DNA from: Vicugna vicugna
Taxonomy: Eukaryota
DNA: 64,000 bases
NCBI GenBank assembly: GCA_013265495.1
Contig: MU060887.1
Span: forward strand, 3,906,001-3,970,000
Reading direction: 5' to 3'
A program made the position numbers and the translations under genes. Each line of letters opens with the position of its first letter. The first letter of the stretch is position 1. Below the pieces are notes generated by a model. It was not told the DNA's origin, did no database searches, and saw only the letters and a program-made list of their open reading frames with translations. Below, piece after piece: positions 58,403 through 64,000 of the stretch.

Positions 58403-61319
58403 CAGCGGCGATGCACGCAGACCTGTTGTTTTTTCATGCACAGTTTTGCAATGGGCTTTTTTTCCACTCAGCAATAGGTGGCCCCACAGCTTTTATTTCC
58501 AGAAATTGGAAAATGAAGCGTATCCGGCCCCCGCCTCCTCACCCACCATGGGCTGAAATTTAAGCCCCATGAACCCGGGCAGGCCTGGGGTGCCAGGGGC
58601 AGGCAGACCCCAACGTGCCAGGGGACTGGGGTGAAGAAAGGCGGGGGCGGGCAGCACAGGGACGCCAGGTTTCTGTCACCTTGAGTTTCCCCCACTCCCT
58701 CCCTGCCAGGCAGCCCCCAGCACCATGACGCTGGGCGGGAAGAGGCCGCATTCCTTACAATATCACAGGAGGGGAGACTGAGGCCCCAAGAGGGCCAGGG
58801 GCCCAGGCCTATGGGTTTCCAGCGCCTGTGCACAATTCCGCCCCACAGAGAAAGTAGGGGAGGATCATCACCTGAAGAGGGTGTTGGCTCTGTTCTGTGA
58901 TTGACATGACTGAGGCCCAGAGAGGCTATGCCACTCACCTAAGGTCACACAGCTACCGGCCAGAGAGCAAAATCTGTTCTCCAAAGCTCTTGTGGTCAGA
59001 TAGACAGGGCCCGGTGCCAGCCCAGCCCCACCACTTAGAGGCTGCAGGTGGATTCTGACTTTAAATGAGGACTTCCTGCACATTCCAGAGCCTTCTGAGG
59101 TTGGAGGAAATTGCTGCTCTCTGGAGACTGCCAAGGGAGACTGAGTTGGTGGCGGAGGGGAATTCCTGGCACTCTTGGAGCCCCGGCGTCCCTGCCTGCA
59201 CAGGGGGCCTGCAGAGATCCCTGCAAGGCGTGTGACGGGAGCCAGGCCCAAGGGTGGAGGGGCACTGGCGGGTGAGGGGCTGGGGGGCCTAGGGGGCCTC
59301 TGACAGGCCCTCCGGTGACCCCGGGCCTGAGCCAGCCTCGCTGGGCCCATCGCTCACCTGCCGCCCACACCACACACCTGGGGCCCTCCCCGTGGGCTGG
59401 CTGCAAGCCAGGGTCTTAGGAGGCAGACCTTGGGGGCCAGGTTAGGGTGTCCTTGCAGGCTGGGGCAGGGCTGGCCCCCAGGGGTGGGTGGGCCCAAGGT
59501 GGTCACCGCCTCCAACTGAGCTGACGTCTGGCAGCTGAACACCTCTCTCTTTCTCCCTCTCTCTCCCTCTTTCTAGAGGTTTCTCTGAGGTTCAGAGGAG
59601 ACTGGGAACCCTCCTTGGGCCCTGGCCCCCTGGGCCAACATTGGAAGATGCCAGGGTAGCCTCTCCTCATACCCAAGCTCCATCCTCACCCCAGTCACCT
59701 TCCCATGTGTCCCATGTCACACGTGTGGTTCATTTGTCACCCATCCCGGCCAGGGGGTGGGGGTGCTGCCCTCCTGAGCCACCAGCCGCCCCTTGGCCCT
59801 CAGCCTGAGGCCCTAGGGGAATGCAATTTCCAGCGGGCTGACAGCTCCATCACCCACAGCCCAGGCTGGGCAAGGCACTGAGGGTCCAATGCAGGCAGAG
59901 ACCTGGGCTGGGGGTGCAGGTGGTCCCACTGCACGCTGGTCCCAGCTCATCCCAAGCCTGATTTAGGGGGACCCCCAGACGCCCCTACTCTGGGCCCTGG
60001 GACCAACCCCTTTCCAGGGAAGCCCTGCCTGGCATCACCGGGCAAGCATCCCCCAGAGGCAGGAAATCTCCAGACTTACACAGCACGTTCAGGATGAGCC
60101 CGGCTCCCTCTGGCTTTGGGCAGGGGGTTCCTCTGCCCCACAACAGCTGGACCCCAGGGGCTGGTGGTTGGTCCAGCTGCACATTCCGAGGCCAGGAGGT
60201 CTCAGTTCAAATCCCAGCCCCCTCCCTGCAGCACTCGCCAGCTGTGAGAAGCCAGCAAAAATGTCAATAAAATCTGAAATAAAATTGTAGGCAAAATAGG
60301 TGGTTTGAGGCCATGAAATTAGAAAGATGGGAGGGACAGTGGCAGGAGGCCTCCTGGAGGAGGTGGCACTCTGAGAAGGAGGGTCAAGTGGCCCCGTGGC
60401 CGCCAGGGATGATATCCCCGGCGTAGGAGTTCCCTGGCCAGTGCCAATGGGTGGAGGGGCAGGTTGGATGGGGAGGAGGTGACCTGTATCCCTGTTACAC
60501 ACATGCGCTTCATTTCTGGTTCCTGTTTTTTGACAGGACTTGCCAGAGGGGTGTGTGTGGTCAGAGTGACGGTGCTCAAAAGCCCCAAATGCCCCCCATG
60601 AACCCAGTCACCATCCATCCCTTCTCTGCAGTCGGGTCCTCCAGCCCCCGTTGCCCTGTGGGGCTGAGTTCAGGCCTGTGGGAGACCCAGGCAAGGCGGG
60701 GTTGGAGGTTGGTGGATGGAAAAATCCCTGTCAGCGCCCCCGGCCTGGCTGCCTGTGCATCGGCCCCCACCCCACCAGCGACCTAGTGACAGATAGCTAG
60801 AATTCCCGGGACCCTAGGTGAGGGTGGGGACCCCCTATGGAGAGCACCGCCCCCACCACCCATGTGCCATGCAGTGCCCAGTGGATCTGAGGCATGGGGC
60901 CCTGAAGCAGGTGGGAGAGGAGCAGCACCGGGGGCCTCCCTCTGGCTGCAGGCTCGGCCCCTCAGGATCTGTCGGACAGAGGCCACCTGGAACCTTACTG
61001 GCTGGCCCCAGGGCCGATAAACACCCTCCTTGGCTCCTCAGGGACATCTCAGAGTGGTATTGAACTGTGACTCCTTCCACAGCAGAGCCATCCTGCTTGG
61101 TTCCTCCCCTCGATGGGGAGCTCATTTCCTCTAGAGACAGGAAGTGAGTGCTCCCAGTGGTGCTAGCACAGGCCCTGGGTTATATACGGGGGAAACTGAG
61201 GTGCTGAGAGCAGGGGGTCCCTTGCCTCAGATCCATCAGTGAGTAAAAGGTAGGACCTGGGTCCCAGCCCAACACACTCGCAGACATAGCCAGCCGAACT
61301 CTGATAACAAATGCGGAAT

Positions 61320-61535
61320 AAACAACAAAGTTAGCACAGGGAACTCTATTCAATATCTCATAATAACCTATAATGATGAAAGAATATATATGTATGTATG
61401 TGTGTGTGTGTGTATGTGTGTGTGTGTATGTGTGTGTGTGTATGTGTGTGTGTGTGTGTGTGTGAATCACTTTTCTGTACACCTGAAACTAACACAATAT
61501 TATAAATCAACTATGCTTCAATTTTTTTTTAAATG
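61320..61535 (+). mobile_element. LINE-1 extreme 3' end (laurasiatherian/artiodactyl-type) containing a TG/TA microsatellite
   Basis: agcacagggaactctattcaatatctcataataacctataatg...gaatcacttttctgtacacctgaaactaacacaatattataaatcaactat. Confidence 0.75.
61385..61464. repeat. Compound (TA)/(TGTA)/(TG)n microsatellite
   Basis: Direct reading. Confidence 0.97.
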
Positions 61536-64000
61536 CAGAATAGGCAGTGCCCTCCAGCCCTCTGCAAGAGACCTGCTGTGGGGTTTTAAATCCTTGAGAT
61601 ACAGCCCACTTCCTTACTCTCTCTTCCCCACCCTCCTGCTCTTCCAGCTTTGCTGTCCCCACAGGGCTTTCAGCTCAGCAGCAGGGGAAGCGATACAGTG
61701 TGGCCAAACCTGGGTCAAGTGTGTGGACACCAGGCAACTGTGGGAGCCAGAGGAGGGCTCTGATCCTGCTCAAGGGACAGGGAAGGAAGCTGGGGAGGCT
61801 CCCTGGAAGAGATGTCTGCACCGAGCTCTGCAGGATGACTAGGAATTAACGAGGGGGCAGGGGTAAAGAGTGTTCCTGGCAAGCTGCTCGTAGAGATGGA
61901 GACCTCTTAGTGCCCTTGAGATTCTGAGTGACCCTCTCTGGCCTTCAGTTTCCAAACGGGCAGGGTGGCTGTGGGAAGGCTGAAAGCTTGTCAATCAAGG
62001 CTTGGCCTTGGGCCAAGGACGCAGTGACCTCCATAAGTTATATTTTAATAAGTCACTAGATAATTCTGCCTTCCAGAAACGAGCCACGAACAGCTTTGGG
62101 TCAGTGTCCTCTGTGAATGTCCTACCTGAGGGGGACCCCCAGCCTCCAGGGACCTCCACCAGTCTGAAACGAACTGGATCCTCAGATGGTGGAGCTCCAG
62201 GCAGTAGGAAACAACCTCACAGAAGTGATTTCTCGGCTGGGAACAGGGAAGTCATGGTACCTGAGAGCTGGACCTCAGGGTTGGACTCACCTGCTGCAGC
62301 CTCGCCCTCCCCTGCCTGCCTGCCTCTGCACTGTGCCCGACCCCTGTCCCCGACGTGGCCGCCTGAGAGAGCATCTCAAAACGGGCGTCAACATGGTGGG
62401 GACTGCTCTGCTGAGGCCACCCATGGCACCCTATCGCCCTTGTGTTAAATATCCACCACTGACCACAACTGGACGGAGCTCAGTGCTCCTGCACGTGAAG
62501 TCCCCGCTTTACCAGGTTGCCTCCAAGGCTGCCATTCCTTGCTGCTTCAGGGCCTTTGCATAGGCTGTCCCTTCTGCCTGGAAAGCTCTTGCCTCATTTT
62601 CGCTTAGAGGATTTTTATAAGACTTTCGCTCCCAGCTCCAGGAAGTCCACACCAGGTCATAGCCTCCTCATTTATTGCCAGTTGTAACCTGTGTTTGCTT
62701 ACATAGGTTACCTGCGCGTTATCTGTCTCAGCTCTTTTGTTTCCTGCGATGTTCCTGGGGCCCAACACGTAGCAGGAACTCAAGAAACATTTGCTGGCTG
62801 AGACTGAACGAGAGGGTGGAATCTGCTGGAAGTGAAGGTAGGAACCTAGAGATTCTGCCCACCTGCCCCGCCCCACCCTCCGAGGAACCCCTGGGTCCCC
62901 TACAGAAGCCACTTTGAGAACCAGTGGCTTGCATTGGCCCTTTCCCTTTATGGATGGGTCAGCTTTATGCCCAAAGTTTTGGGAGCTTTGAGGCCACAGG
63001 GGAGGCCAGGGCAGTGACTCTAGTCCCTAGCTTCCTCCACACCCTCCCTCCTAAGGTCTTAAGGCAGAAATCTTGGCCAGTCCCACACTTTGCTTTTTGA
63101 TGATGGCTGGGCTCGGCAGACAGGACACCCTGAGTCACATGACGGCAGGTGTGGGCATTGGACTGAACTGTGCTGCGGCTGTAGGTCCATTTCCTTCTCC
63201 TCCCTGGCATCGCACTGTCCACATCCTGGGAGCCCAGCCCAGCCTCGGCCCTAAACCTCCGTGTCAGTTGCTCTCTGCCCTGCACACCACACCTCCACCA
63301 GGTAAGGCCCCCTGGGAAGATTTACCCTCTCCAGGAGGCATCGGCTGCCCCCCAGGAAGGGCCTGGGGGCTGCACTTCCAGGGGTCTTTCTGAATATTGG
63401 GTGACCCAGAGGTAGAAAGGGTATGAGAAATTATGGTCGACTTGCCAAACCAGGAGGCACAGAGCATTTCTCTCCTCCTCTCTCTGGCAAAATTCTGGGT
63501 TAGAGCCGCCACTGCTCTCTGGCCCCCATCAGCCCTCTGGAGCCCTTCCTCCCTCCCACCCGCTCCTGTGGGAAAAGAGGGCCCGGGATACGGGGTGGGG
63601 TGGTGGGGGGAGGTTGATTTGGTTTGGTTTTTCTGATCTTTGTGGTGTCCCAGTACAGTGGCGTTTTTCAGTTCCTTTCTAGGAGAAAAAATATCTTGGG
63701 TTCTACTTGGGTGGGATCTCAGCCCTGGCCTCCCAAACCCCCATCCCCGACTCTGCACTCCTGCAGGTCCCTGCCAAGGGCCTCCTAGGAGGAACTCCCA
63801 TAAACCTAGGACAAACAGACTATATTCATTTTAATGACATTTACATGCATTAACCTCCTATGCATGGCCAGAAGCCCTGCGGCACAAAGTATCATGTGGT
63901 CGAAGTTCAGCCTCCTTTCCGCTCCTGCCCCGGGCCGTCTCCCCAAAGGCCTGTCTTTGGGGTGTCTTTCCAGAAACCTTGGCATGGCCACGCACTTCCA

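Noticed and set aside
57716-58556. ORFs with RERERE or SLSLSL runs
   Set aside because: Translation of the (TC)n microsatellite.
48400-64000. A FUT3/5/6-type fucosyltransferase CDS expected from synteny
   Set aside because: No ORF in the track carries the alpha-1,3-FucT motif (FxLxFENS...YxTEK) or a ~360-aa single-exon frame. The gene probably lies beyond the right edge, and I could not identify its untranslated exons.

Overview
This is GC-rich mammalian genomic DNA, not prokaryotic. One tRNA-derived SINE resembles the camelid Vic-type family, which suggests camel, alpaca or llama. Gene order matches the block I recall at human 19p13.3. It contains RANBP3 (+ strand; coding exons 2-17 at 2020-33540, exon 1 lies left of the window), CAPS/calcyphosine (- strand, 189 aa, tail-to-tail with RANBP3), VMAC (- strand, 169 aa) and NDUFA11 (+ strand, 141 aa, head-to-head with VMAC across a CpG-rich bidirectional promoter). 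About 15.6 kb after NDUFA11 has no gene I can recognise; by recalled synteny it should lead to an alpha-1,3-fucosyltransferase (FUT3/5/6-type) gene beyond the right edge. I traced all exon boundaries by hand (AG/GT dinucleotides, consistent phases, no internal stops). Gene names and repeat families come from recalled sequences, not from a database search. I found no CRISPR array, prokaryotic element, or clearly new gene or biological system. The points worth a second look are modest: a strand-polarised CCAAT/GC-box array in the VMAC-NDUFA11 promoter, a shared two-way poly(A) island between RANBP3 and CAPS, two stop-free in-frame introns, two local ~100-130 bp duplications, an 11-copy VNTR, a tandem splice acceptor and an unusual NDUFA11 N-terminus. 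The other long ORFs in the six-frame track look like by-products of high GC content.
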